The notes beneath the pieces were generated by a model. The model did no database searches. It had not been told where the DNA came from and saw only the letters and a list, made by a program, of their open reading frames with translations. The translations under genes were made by a program, and so were the position numbers. From a virus (Duplodnaviria > Caudoviricetes), in the IMG/VR virus record IMGVR_UViG_3300037722_001734, positions 1 through 40,470 of that record: a DNA stretch of 40,470 nt; one strand, written 5' to 3'. This document shows positions 17,240-25,074 of this stretch, piece after piece. Position 1 is the stretch's first letter; every line of letters begins with the position of its first letter.

Positions 17240-17646
17240 CAGCTGCCCACCTCCTGCCAGAAGCCGTCGATGGTCAGGCTGATGCTGATCGTCGCCTCCC
17301 CCTGGTCGGGAAACGATTCGCTCATCGAGTCGATCTTGGCGCTGACGATCTCCTGCACCACCCCGGCCAGCTCCCGCGCCACCAGAATCAACTCGCCATC
17401 CCGGTTGGCCTGGCGTAGGGCCTGGTAGCCGGCGTTGGTCGGCACGTACAGCGCATCCAGCGATATTGAGCCGGAGAACCGCCCGGCCAGCACTCGCATG
17501 GCCCGGCTATCTTTGCTGGAGATGTCGATCGTGGCCGAGCTCTCCTCGATGGTCGCGTCCCGCTGCGAGCCAACCGCCTCGTAGACCGGCACGGACGGCG
17601 TGCCGGTGTTGACCAGGATCAACAGATCCGTTCCGTTCATTCCCAT
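17239..17646 (-). CDS. Major tail (tube) protein, TP901-1-like
   Basis: NGTDLLI..V GSQRDATIEES..TIDISSKDS, SISLDAL, EATISISL..G. Confidence 0.85.
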   Translation of the reverse strand: MGMNGTDLLILVNTGTPSVPVYEAVGSQRDATIEESSATIDISSKDSRAMRVLAGRFSGSISLDALYVPTNAGYQALRQANRDGELILVARELAGVVQEIVSAKIDSMSESFPDQGEATISISLTIDGFWQEVGS

Positions 17647-17647
17647 G

Positions 17648-18061
17648 TTATTCCTCCTGAGCCACCAGGCTCAAACTAAGGATCCGGCCGTAGGCGTCGC
17701 GCTCGTCGGCGACGATCGGGCCGGTCACATTTGATAAAAGCCAGCCAAAACCGGTGATACTCAGCGGCTGGCGGTGCAGCAAGAGCCGCACCCGCTCGGC
17801 CATGGCCTCGACCACCACCGCGCTGCCGTCGGCCGGCGCGTAACAGCGCACGTCCCGGATCAGATCCCGGCCCCGCGTCGTCTTGGTGTCAAACGGGACC
17901 TGGCTGACCGCGCCGGCCGTGACGAGGTAGGGTAATTCCGCATCGCCCGGCGCCGGGTCGGTCGTGAAAATCGCCGGGCTGCCCTCGTACTGGGTCACGA
18001 TGACCGTCAGGATGTCGTCGCCGGCCAGCCGGTCGTAGATCGCCGCCGTAATCGCGCTCAT
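17648..18061 (-). CDS. Tail terminator/completion protein (DUF3168-like)
   Basis: AIYDRLAGD..L, P..AELPY, VRLLLH; position. Confidence 0.8.
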   Translation of the reverse strand: MSAITAAIYDRLAGDDILTVIVTQYEGSPAIFTTDPAPGDAELPYLVTAGAVSQVPFDTKTTRGRDLIRDVRCYAPADGSAVVVEAMAERVRLLLHRQPLSITGFGWLLSNVTGPIVADERDAYGRILSLSLVAQEE

Positions 18062-18426
18062 TTGCGCCTCTGTGACCCGGACAGCAAGGCCACAATGGCC
18101 GGTCCGTTCTGAAACACCGCCGGCCGCAGAAACGGCTGCGCCGGCGCGGTCGAACTGCCGGTCTCGATGTAGAAGCCGTGATGCTTGCTCCCGCCTGTGG
18201 CCTCGAGGCCAACCCGCAGCTCAACCTCGTTGTCCTTTTGCTCGACCTCGTGGCGCATCAGGGCGGCCAGCTTGCCCCGCCGGTATTTCGCGCCCCACTC
18301 CGGCTGCTCGATAGCCTTCAGCCGCCGGCGTGCATCCGCCTCGATAAACGCGCCGGATTCCTCGGCATTGGCTTCGACCGTCGCCATCAGTTCCTTTTTG
18401 AACGCATCCGGCGTCCATTCGATCAT
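18058..18426 (-). CDS. HK97 gp10-like tail component
   Basis: GFYIETGSSTAPAQPFLRPA motif. Confidence 0.85.
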   Translation of the reverse strand: MIEWTPDAFKKELMATVEANAEESGAFIEADARRRLKAIEQPEWGAKYRRGKLAALMRHEVEQKDNEVELRVGLEATGGSKHHGFYIETGSSTAPAQPFLRPAVFQNGPAIVALLSGSQRRK

Positions 18427-18776
18427 GACCCGCCCTCCGCCGCCGAAACCTCCGGCTGCTGCTCCTCGCAGTCGATCTCCAAATGCTCGCCGGCCTTCGA
18501 CGGCTCCCGCACCCCCAGGACCTCGACCGTCAAATTACCTACGCTCACCCGGTCACCCCGGGCGATATCGCTCCCGGCCGCCACGTATAGCACGTGCGTT
18601 AGCAGCCGCTCCTCCTGCTGGGCTACCTCTCGCTCGCTGCTCGAGGCCGGCCGGATCCGGCCCTGCACCGGGTCGATGTCCACGTAATCAATAGCCCATC
18701 CACCCTGCCCATCCGGACTCCGCCGCCGCCGCGCCACCCCAAACGTATTATTCAACAAACTCTCAAAGACACTCAC
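18423..18776 (-). CDS. Head closure / head-tail adaptor
   Basis: PDGQGGW, S..E...AQQ, DIARGDRV, HLEIDC. Confidence 0.85.
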   Translation of the reverse strand: MSVFESLLNNTFGVARRRRSPDGQGGWAIDYVDIDPVQGRIRPASSSEREVAQQEERLLTHVLYVAAGSDIARGDRVSVGNLTVEVLGVREPSKAGEHLEIDCEEQQPEVSAAEGGS

Positions 18777-18779
18777 TTG

Positions 18780-18835
18780 CTAACCCCTAACCCCTAACTC
18801 CTAATCCCTAACTCCTAATCCCTAACTCCTAATTG
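18780..18835. repeat. Heptamer tandem repeat (TTAGGRR)n on the minus strand
   Basis: Eight CTAA at 7-bp period: CTAACCC x2, then alternating CTAACTC and CTAATCC. Confidence 0.9.
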
Positions 18836-19439
18836 ATTTGATCCGGTACTTGTCCAGCATATCCTTCTCACTCATCAACAGCATCCGCGCCGCCGAGGCG
18901 CCCATCACGCCCTCACTGGCCCCGCCGCCCTGCTCGCTGCCGTAGCTCACCGCGAAATCGCCCAATGATTTGGACTGGACACCGACCACGGCCGCGTCTT
19001 CGGCCGTCCGCAGCCCGGCCTGGTACCCCCGGCTGGCCGCTCGCGTGGCCACAGCCACGATATCATCCGGGATCTGCTCATAGCCGTGCGAATAAATGAT
19101 CGTAACGATCTGGATCCCGGCTGCCCACGTGCGCCCGATCCGGTGCAAAATGCCGTGCTGGCCGAGCTTGTAATCATCGTCGACGGCCAAATCCTCGCCG
19201 TCCTCGACCACGCTGCTCACCTCGATCACCGGCAGCTCCGGCAAAAACAACCGCACCCCGCCGGGTGAGTCGAGCGTGATCTCGTCACCCTCGACCCGCT
19301 CCAGGTACTGGTGGCAATAATTGCGGATGGCCGCCGTCGCCTCCACCAGCGCCCGCTCCGCCGCGGCGATCTGGGCCGCCGTGGAGATTTCCACCTGCAA
19401 GAACGCCTCGATGTCCGGGATCGTGGCAAAGTTAGCCAT
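18822..19439 (-). CDS. Head-tail connector protein
   Basis: FATIPDI, ATAAIRNYC, YSHGYEQIPDDI, SKSLGDFAVSY, LDKYR. Confidence 0.85.
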   Translation of the reverse strand: MANFATIPDIEAFLQVEISTAAQIAAAERALVEATAAIRNYCHQYLERVEGDEITLDSPGGVRLFLPELPVIEVSSVVEDGEDLAVDDDYKLGQHGILHRIGRTWAAGIQIVTIIYSHGYEQIPDDIVAVATRAASRGYQAGLRTAEDAAVVGVQSKSLGDFAVSYGSEQGGGASEGVMGASAARMLLMSEKDMLDKYRIKSIRS

Positions 19440-19767
19440 CGCTGCCCCCCGGCTCGCTTGTCCCCAACTGGCTGCCCATCGGCTGGATTACCCAGCCAAA
19501 TCGCTCCTGCCGGACCGCCGCCTTCTGGTCCCACAGTCGCTGGACGTTTTGATGCTTCTCAGCGTCGCCCGCCTCGTGTAGCGATTCAAACAGCATGCCC
19601 TCCGGGTCCTCCCGGTAGTCGATCACGATTAGCTCGACCGGCTCGCCCTGTTCGTCGAACCGAACGCCCAGGGCCAGGCCCAATGGGTGGAAGAAACGCC
19701 GATTGGCCTCCAGAACGAAGCCAGCATCCCTCAGTTCGTCCAGCGGCATTATCTCTACGTCAGCCAT
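19432..19767 (-). CDS. Phage hypothetical protein
   Basis: Coupled operon member with AGGAG RBS; EANRRFFHPLGLAL motif. Confidence 0.7.
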   Translation of the reverse strand: MADVEIMPLDELRDAGFVLEANRRFFHPLGLALGVRFDEQGEPVELIVIDYREDPEGMLFESLHEAGDAEKHQNVQRLWDQKAAVRQERFGWVIQPMGSQLGTSEPGGSDG

Positions 19768-20026
19768 CGGTCTCCTCCTGTGGCTCCTGCTCCCGGAGCG
19801 CCTCCCGCGTCACCCACAGCCAGACCGGCGGTTGGGTGCGGCCGCCCAGGACCGACAGCCAGACCCGGCCGAAAAACAGGGCCGACAGCCGTTCCCGCCA
19901 GCTCATCTGCCAACAGGAGATGCACTGCTCGCCGTCCATGTAGACCGGCAAGGGCTCGATCTCCTCCTCCTGCCCGGCCGGCGCGCTCAGGGTCATGTTC
20001 GCGAACGCGTGTTTAATCGGCAGCAT
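19760..20026 (-). CDS. Phage hypothetical protein
   Basis: GGAGG RBS; CISCWQMSWRERLSALFFGRVWL. Confidence 0.7.
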   Translation of the reverse strand: MLPIKHAFANMTLSAPAGQEEEIEPLPVYMDGEQCISCWQMSWRERLSALFFGRVWLSVLGGRTQPPVWLWVTREALREQEPQEETDG

Positions 20027-20432
20027 CGGCCTGCCTCCACTGCTCGATGGCCTGCATGGTCTGCGGACTCAGGTAGTCCAGGGGTCCGGCCTGGCGCAGT
20101 TGCTCAAACGTGGTGATACCCCGGGCCTGCAGCGCCCGGGCCGTGGCCCGGCCCACGCCGGCGACGGTGGTCAAATCGTCCATCGTGACCGGTTCCCCTG
20201 CTGGCTTCCCGGCCGGCTGCCCCGCCCCGGACTTATCACCCCCGGCCGGCCGCTGCTTGTCCTCCTCCTGCGGCGGTCGGCCCTTGGGCTTGATGTGGCC
20301 GGCCGCGACGGCGTCCTGCTCGTGCATCTTGACGAAGCGGCCCGGTGAGATCTCCACCCGCACCAGCGGCCCTCGTTTGGCCCGCGTCTGCGGCGTGTCG
20401 ACCGTAAATGATTTACTGCTGAGTGTTGCCAT
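20013..20432 (-). CDS. Helix-hairpin-helix domain protein
   Basis: DDLTTVAGVGRATARALQARGITTFEQL. GAGGA RBS before ATG at 20432. Confidence 0.8.
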   Translation of the reverse strand: MATLSSKSFTVDTPQTRAKRGPLVRVEISPGRFVKMHEQDAVAAGHIKPKGRPPQEEDKQRPAGGDKSGAGQPAGKPAGEPVTMDDLTTVAGVGRATARALQARGITTFEQLRQAGPLDYLSPQTMQAIEQWRQADAAD

Positions 20433-21078
20433 GGTGTCCTCTTGCCTTTCTCTGGCGCTCGAAGTGCGCCAGTACACGTTGCTCATCGCCGGCGTGGCAT
20501 TTCACCAGCCGCCCCGGTTCCAGTTCGAGCCGCACCAACCCCCGGCCGGCATTGGGTGATCGCCCGGGCCCGGCCGCTGGCCGGGCCATAGCCTGCAGGG
20601 ACTGCTGCTGCACCTCGGCCAGCCAGGAGACCGGCAGCACACACAGCCGCGGCTTGACCCGGTGCAGGGACCGCAGAAAAGCCAGCCGTTTGTCGCCCCC
20701 GCCGGCACACTCCTGCCGCCACAGCTCGACCAGGGCGCTGCCGGCCTCGTTTTTGCGCGCAAACAGCAGCTCGACCGAGTGCAGCAGCACCCGCAGATCG
20801 CCGATAACCGCCTCTGTCAGCGACCGTTCTTCGGTCGTGCCCACGTCAGCTGCTGTAACGCCGTAACGCCACAATGGTAGGGCAGCGTCCCAGCGCTCCA
20901 GAAAATGCCAGGCTGAGGGCAGTAGATCCCAGGGCACGCGCGTCCCGGCCTCGGCGATAAGCGTTTTATCGTAGACCAACTCGGGCTCATCTGACACCGT
21001 TAGCGGTAGCCGGGCTGCTGCTGCCTTGGCCACCAGCGTCACGTCATCGCCGTCGTGCAGCACGACCCCTTTGTTCAC
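20413..21078 (-). CDS. Degenerate GT-A glycosyltransferase-like protein
   Basis: GTGA-coupled start at 21078 with GGAGG RBS. Colinear with the 23201-23941 product but lacks DxD. Confidence 0.6.
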   Translation of the reverse strand: MNKGVVLHDGDDVTLVAKAAAARLPLTVSDEPELVYDKTLIAEAGTRVPWDLLPSAWHFLERWDAALPLWRYGVTAADVGTTEERSLTEAVIGDLRVLLHSVELLFARKNEAGSALVELWRQECAGGGDKRLAFLRSLHRVKPRLCVLPVSWLAEVQQQSLQAMARPAAGPGRSPNAGRGLVRLELEPGRLVKCHAGDEQRVLAHFERQRKARGHHGNTQQ

Positions 21079-22076
21079 GCTTTGCCTCCTGCGTTCCGAT
21101 GCGGAAAGGGTTTGTCGCTGACCGGCAGGTTCAGGAACGGGCACAACTGTTCGTACCCCTCGCCCCCGGCGATGTTGAGCACCAGTAATTTGTCGTCCCG
21201 GCCGTCGAAGTAGTCGAGAACGCGCCGGTTGTACTCGTGGTACACTCGCCTGAAGACCACCTCGTTGTACTCGAGCACCCCATACACGACGCGCCGGTTC
21301 CACTCCCAGCCGGGTGTGCGTGGCTTGCGGCCGGCCCAATGCCGGCGACAGGAGTCCAGCCAGCGTTCTTCCTCGCGGACTGTCAGCACGAACTTCGCCC
21401 CCGGGTACAACCGGTCCAGGATCTCCAGGTATTGGCACAGGGACGAATCGGTCAGCGCGTCGTATGCCTCGGCCACCCGCAGAATGTCGAGGGCAGCCGG
21501 GAAGTGCTTTGCCTTGAACCCGAGCCCGGCCAGGGCCGTTGTCAGTGAGACCGTGCCTGTTTTGGATAGCCCTACCCCGAACACCTTCGTGGGCCTGGGC
21601 TTGTCCAGCAGCACCAGGCCGCGCCGCCCCTTTTCCGGAGGCGCGGCCTGGGTCACCTGGGTGTAATACTCCCAGCCCGGCCGCCATTTGGGCCGTGAGG
21701 AGTCGTGCAGCACCACGACCCCGCCCGGGGCCAGCAAATTACGGGCCTGGCTCAGGCATTTGACCCGGTGCAGCGCGTCCACGATGATCGAATCGAAGAA
21801 GCCAACAGCCGCCGGCGTGATGGTGTAATAATCCGGAGCGGCCAGGTACAGTAGTTTGACATTCGGACCGGCCGAAGCCTTCAGTCCTTCGAGCCAGGCC
21901 GGGTCATGCTCGATGGTTACCCAGTCGATATCCGGATAGGCTGCCGGCCAGTACAGGGTGCTGCCGCCGCCCCCCCACTCCAGCACTCGCCGCGGCCGCC
22001 GCGTATCGAGCAGGGTGTGCAGCGCGACGACTTCACTTTCATTCATTCGTGGTTCCGGCTTAATTTCCATTGTCAA
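21075..22076 (-). CDS. Class I SAM methyltransferase - sulfotransferase fusion
   Basis: N-terminal VLEWGGGGST..IEHD..FDSIIVDA..GGVVVLHD. C-terminal PAPS loop KVFGVGLSKTGTVSL, FVLTVR...WLDS and GYEQLCPFL..PFPHRN. Confidence 0.88.
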   Translation of the reverse strand: MTMEIKPEPRMNESEVVALHTLLDTRRPRRVLEWGGGGSTLYWPAAYPDIDWVTIEHDPAWLEGLKASAGPNVKLLYLAAPDYYTITPAAVGFFDSIIVDALHRVKCLSQARNLLAPGGVVVLHDSSRPKWRPGWEYYTQVTQAAPPEKGRRGLVLLDKPRPTKVFGVGLSKTGTVSLTTALAGLGFKAKHFPAALDILRVAEAYDALTDSSLCQYLEILDRLYPGAKFVLTVREEERWLDSCRRHWAGRKPRTPGWEWNRRVVYGVLEYNEVVFRRVYHEYNRRVLDYFDGRDDKLLVLNIAGGEGYEQLCPFLNLPVSDKPFPHRNAGGKA

Positions 22077-22759
22077 CCTCGATATCGTTCAGGCGGCGCC
22101 AGTGTAATAGGATCGACCGGTTGGACCCGTTCCAGCTCGGCCGTCAGGCGTTTGCCGTTGCGAACCGACACCTCGCCGATGTGCTGGCAGTAACTGTGGG
22201 TCAAATAGCCCACTTCCCAGCCCTGGCGGTGTGCCAGCCGGCACATCTCCTTTACCGGCGACCGGGTTCCATCAGGTACCCGGCATGTCTCCAGGACCTG
22301 CCGGCGGGCAAAGACAAACGACCCCGGCACATTTCGGCAGAAGGTGACCCGGCCTGACGGCTGGGTCTGGCCCCGCTTGCCACCAATATTGCACTGCGGG
22401 CTATTGAGCGCCACCAGGCCCAGCTGGGGGTACTCCTGCATGGCCTCCAGGCCGCACGCCAGCCAGTCCGGCTCCAGCAGCGGGCATAAAATATCGTCGT
22501 CGGTGAAGACCACCGGATCTGAGGTCGTGATCGACGGGATCAGGCGCAGTTGATGCGGGATACCCCGCCGCTTTTTGTGTAGCGTCGCATCGTCAATCTG
22601 GCCGCTGCGCAGCAGCCGGGCCACGTACTTGGCATTGCCCGAGGCGTCGTCAATCACGCGCAGCCGGTACGGCGACGTCGTGCGCTCCCGAATGTAAGCC
22701 AGGGTTTGCTTCAGCAGCGGCAGCCGCCCGCAGGTCGTTACCACGATATCGACCGTCAT
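22073..22759 (-). CDS. Glycosyltransferase family 2
   Basis: VDIVVTTCGR..LKQTL, VIDDAS, VFTDDD. ATGA-coupled start at 22759. Confidence 0.88.
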   Translation of the reverse strand: MTVDIVVTTCGRLPLLKQTLAYIRERTTSPYRLRVIDDASGNAKYVARLLRSGQIDDATLHKKRRGIPHQLRLIPSITTSDPVVFTDDDILCPLLEPDWLACGLEAMQEYPQLGLVALNSPQCNIGGKRGQTQPSGRVTFCRNVPGSFVFARRQVLETCRVPDGTRSPVKEMCRLAHRQGWEVGYLTHSYCQHIGEVSVRNGKRLTAELERVQPVDPITLAPPERYRG

Positions 22760-23208
22760 TTGATCACCTGCAGCGTGGCGATCATGGATGACTTGGCCCG
22801 GTTGAGCCGTGGGCCGCTGAGGGCTCGCCATTTGCGCTGGGTGTAAAAGCTGAGTTCCCTGCCCAGCTTGGATTTCGGGAAGAACACGTCGAACGAGCGC
22901 AGGCTGAAAGCCCAACGGTGAGTCGGGTCGGCGTGGGCATTGTCATGCTGCCAATGTGGTACCTTCACCTGCAGCCGGCCGCCCGGGCGTAAAATCCGCC
23001 AGCACTCATCCAGCGTCCGGACCAGGTCGATGTTGAGATGCTCGAACACCGAACTGGCCAGCAGGTAATCGAAGCTCTCGTCGGCCCAGGGCCAGGGCAG
23101 GCCGTTGAGATCGTGAGCCACGTCCACGTGCTTGGCGTGGCGGATCCGGTCATGGTTGATGAAGCCGGCCATGGCCTTATGGCCGCACCCCAAATTTAGT
23201 TTAGCCAC
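22756..23208 (-). CDS. Class I SAM-dependent methyltransferase
   Basis: KLNLGCG, HDL..LPWPWADESFD, FEHL, ECWRILRPGG, DPTH. Confidence 0.9.
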   Translation of the reverse strand: MAKLNLGCGHKAMAGFINHDRIRHAKHVDVAHDLNGLPWPWADESFDYLLASSVFEHLNIDLVRTLDECWRILRPGGRLQVKVPHWQHDNAHADPTHRWAFSLRSFDVFFPKSKLGRELSFYTQRKWRALSGPRLNRAKSSMIATLQVIK

Positions 23209-23941
23209 CTTGTGCCCCCTCCCATTGCTCGACCATGCCCCAGGCCACCTCGCTGTCGATCCGGCCCGGAATCATCCCCTTCCAGCGCCGCGCCCGGCCC
23301 GGGTAATGCCGCAGCCCCGCCGTCTCGATACCTCTGGAGTATTTCTCAAAGGTGTTCCACTCGTTACCCAGTAGGTACAACTTCAGCGGATCGGCGTACA
23401 TGGCCCGGATCAGCGCGCCCTGGTCCCGCTGAGCGTGCTTTTCCCATTCCATTTGCCACCGCTCGAAAAATACCGCAATCCGCTCATTGCGCCCAAACGC
23501 CCATGCCCCGCCGTTCAGTTGCAGCGTATGCAGCGTGTGGATCTCCTCGAACGTTTCGGCCACCTCGGCCGCGTTGTTGGCGCGCCGGAAGGCATGCATG
23601 GTATCCATCAGGTGCGGGTCCTTGGCGACCACGAACTCCCAGCCGTTCTCGATCAGCTGGAAGTAAAAGCGGATGTCGCCGCAGACCTCGGTATCAACGT
23701 CCAGGTACAGTACCGCCTCCCACTCGGCCGGCGCCAGTTCATACGCCCTCAGTTTCGCCCGCCGGCCGCCCACGTCGCTGTCGGTCAGCTCGACGAACAC
23801 ATCCTCGATGCCAATCGGCTCGGCCCCGGCCAGGCAGATCGGGATCTCCGGCAGCCACTCCCTGGCTGTGCTCATCATTCGCTCGGCGCACCGGCGCGCC
23901 GGTGCGCCAAAGGCGACGCAATAAATGCCACGCTTACTCAT
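23201..23941 (-). CDS. GT-A fold glycosyltransferase (GT8-like)
   Basis: GIYCVAFG, RRAK, LYLDVDT (DxD), QLNGG, RDQGAL, NEWN, RHY. ATGA-coupled start at 23941. Confidence 0.8.
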   Translation of the reverse strand: MSKRGIYCVAFGAPARRCAERMMSTAREWLPEIPICLAGAEPIGIEDVFVELTDSDVGGRRAKLRAYELAPAEWEAVLYLDVDTEVCGDIRFYFQLIENGWEFVVAKDPHLMDTMHAFRRANNAAEVAETFEEIHTLHTLQLNGGAWAFGRNERIAVFFERWQMEWEKHAQRDQGALIRAMYADPLKLYLLGNEWNTFEKYSRGIETAGLRHYPGRARRWKGMIPGRIDSEVAWGMVEQWEGAQGG

Positions 23942-24132
23942 CGGCAAAAATGCTCCGAAATGGCTTGAAAGAAACGGCCTAAAACCGCGTTGATATCCTC
24001 GCCTTTGCGGTCTGCTATCACCCTTTCCCACGCCCACGGCGCCCGCCTCGCACAAGCGTAGTCATCACGACAACGGCAGACGCCATGGAACCAAACTGTG
24101 CCTGTAGAGTCCCCGCAAATGTCACATTTCAT
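23938..24132 (-). CDS. Small Cys-rich protein
   Basis: CDICG..CRCRD..C; GGAGG RBS; fills the gap with overlaps on both sides. Confidence 0.55.
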   Translation of the reverse strand: MKCDICGDSTGTVWFHGVCRCRDDYACARRAPWAWERVIADRKGEDINAVLGRFFQAISEHFCR

Positions 24133-25009
24133 CGAACACCTCCTCGAACACCTGCCGGTGCTGCTCGCACCAGGCCAGGATGCTGTAGGGCTCGGTCACG
24201 GCTCGCAGCGCCTCCGTGTCCACGTCCGGACGCAGCTCCAGGGCCTCGCCGAAGGCGCGCGCCAGGTCGCTCTCGTCGCCCCGCCGGTAGCGGTGGATGC
24301 CCGGTGTGTCCGGCAGCTCATCGAGCAACCCCACCTCACGCGGGACCACAATCGATGCCCCGCAGGCCATTGCCTCCAGCGGCGGCATCGGGATACCCTC
24401 CACGTCGGCCGTGACGACCAGGATGTCGAGCGCCTGGTAAAATGCCGGCATCTCGGCCCAGCTGTAGCGCCGGGTCGGAACCGGCCAGCCTCGCCCGCTG
24501 GCCCGCCATTCGGCCATCCGGCCCGCTTTCGACCCCACCAGCGCCGTGGCCAAAGCCTCACCCTTGCGCCCGTTGCCGTAGGTGTAGCCGCTCAAGCCGG
24601 CTACCATCCCCCCTCTCCCAGAGGGAGAGGGGCCGGGGGAGAGGGCGAACCGGTGCCGCTCCACCGGTGGACTGATCTGCGCCGTAGGCCCGTACCGGAC
24701 CAGCTCAGCCGCATACATCGCCGCCGTCGCAACCCGCAGCTCCACCCGCTCGGCCACGCTGTGGAACAATTGGGCCTTGGCATTGCCCGGCGGCTCGGTC
24801 TCGATGTGCGTAAAGTAGGCCGCTGCCGGCCGGTCCGCCATCGCCTTACGCATCACGGACCACTCGAAATACCCGGACAGATAATAAACATCCGCCCCCG
24901 GATCCGGCCGGGCCGTCAAACTCCAGCCCAGGTGATCCCGCAGATACCGCGAAAAACGCGGGATCACCCGGTCATCATTCAGGTTGCGGCACAGGACATT
25001 GACCATCAT
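24122..25009 (-). CDS. Glycosyltransferase family 4 (GT-B)
   Basis: RKG, FYQALDILVVTADVEGIPMPPLEAMACG (E-x7-E). Confidence 0.9.
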   Translation of the reverse strand: MMVNVLCRNLNDDRVIPRFSRYLRDHLGWSLTARPDPGADVYYLSGYFEWSVMRKAMADRPAAAYFTHIETEPPGNAKAQLFHSVAERVELRVATAAMYAAELVRYGPTAQISPPVERHRFALSPGPSPSGRGGMVAGLSGYTYGNGRKGEALATALVGSKAGRMAEWRASGRGWPVPTRRYSWAEMPAFYQALDILVVTADVEGIPMPPLEAMACGASIVVPREVGLLDELPDTPGIHRYRRGDESDLARAFGEALELRPDVDTEALRAVTEPYSILAWCEQHRQVFEEVFDEM

Positions 25010-25074
25010 GGTCTGGCCTCCAACTACTGGCCTCTATTGACGGCCAATCTTGTGCTATTAGCAATTAGTAATTG

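Noticed and set aside
21079-21687. N-terminal half of the 424-aa ORF 20413-21687
   Set aside because: It overlaps the sulfotransferase domain in another frame. The real start is the coupled GTG at 21078 with a GGAGG RBS.
20013-25009. Glyco-cassette as a Gtr-type serotype conversion or DNA glucosylation locus
   Set aside because: No membrane GtrA/B/C or flippase, no hydroxymethylase or TET-like partner, and it is embedded in the late head operon. Disfavoured but not formally excluded.
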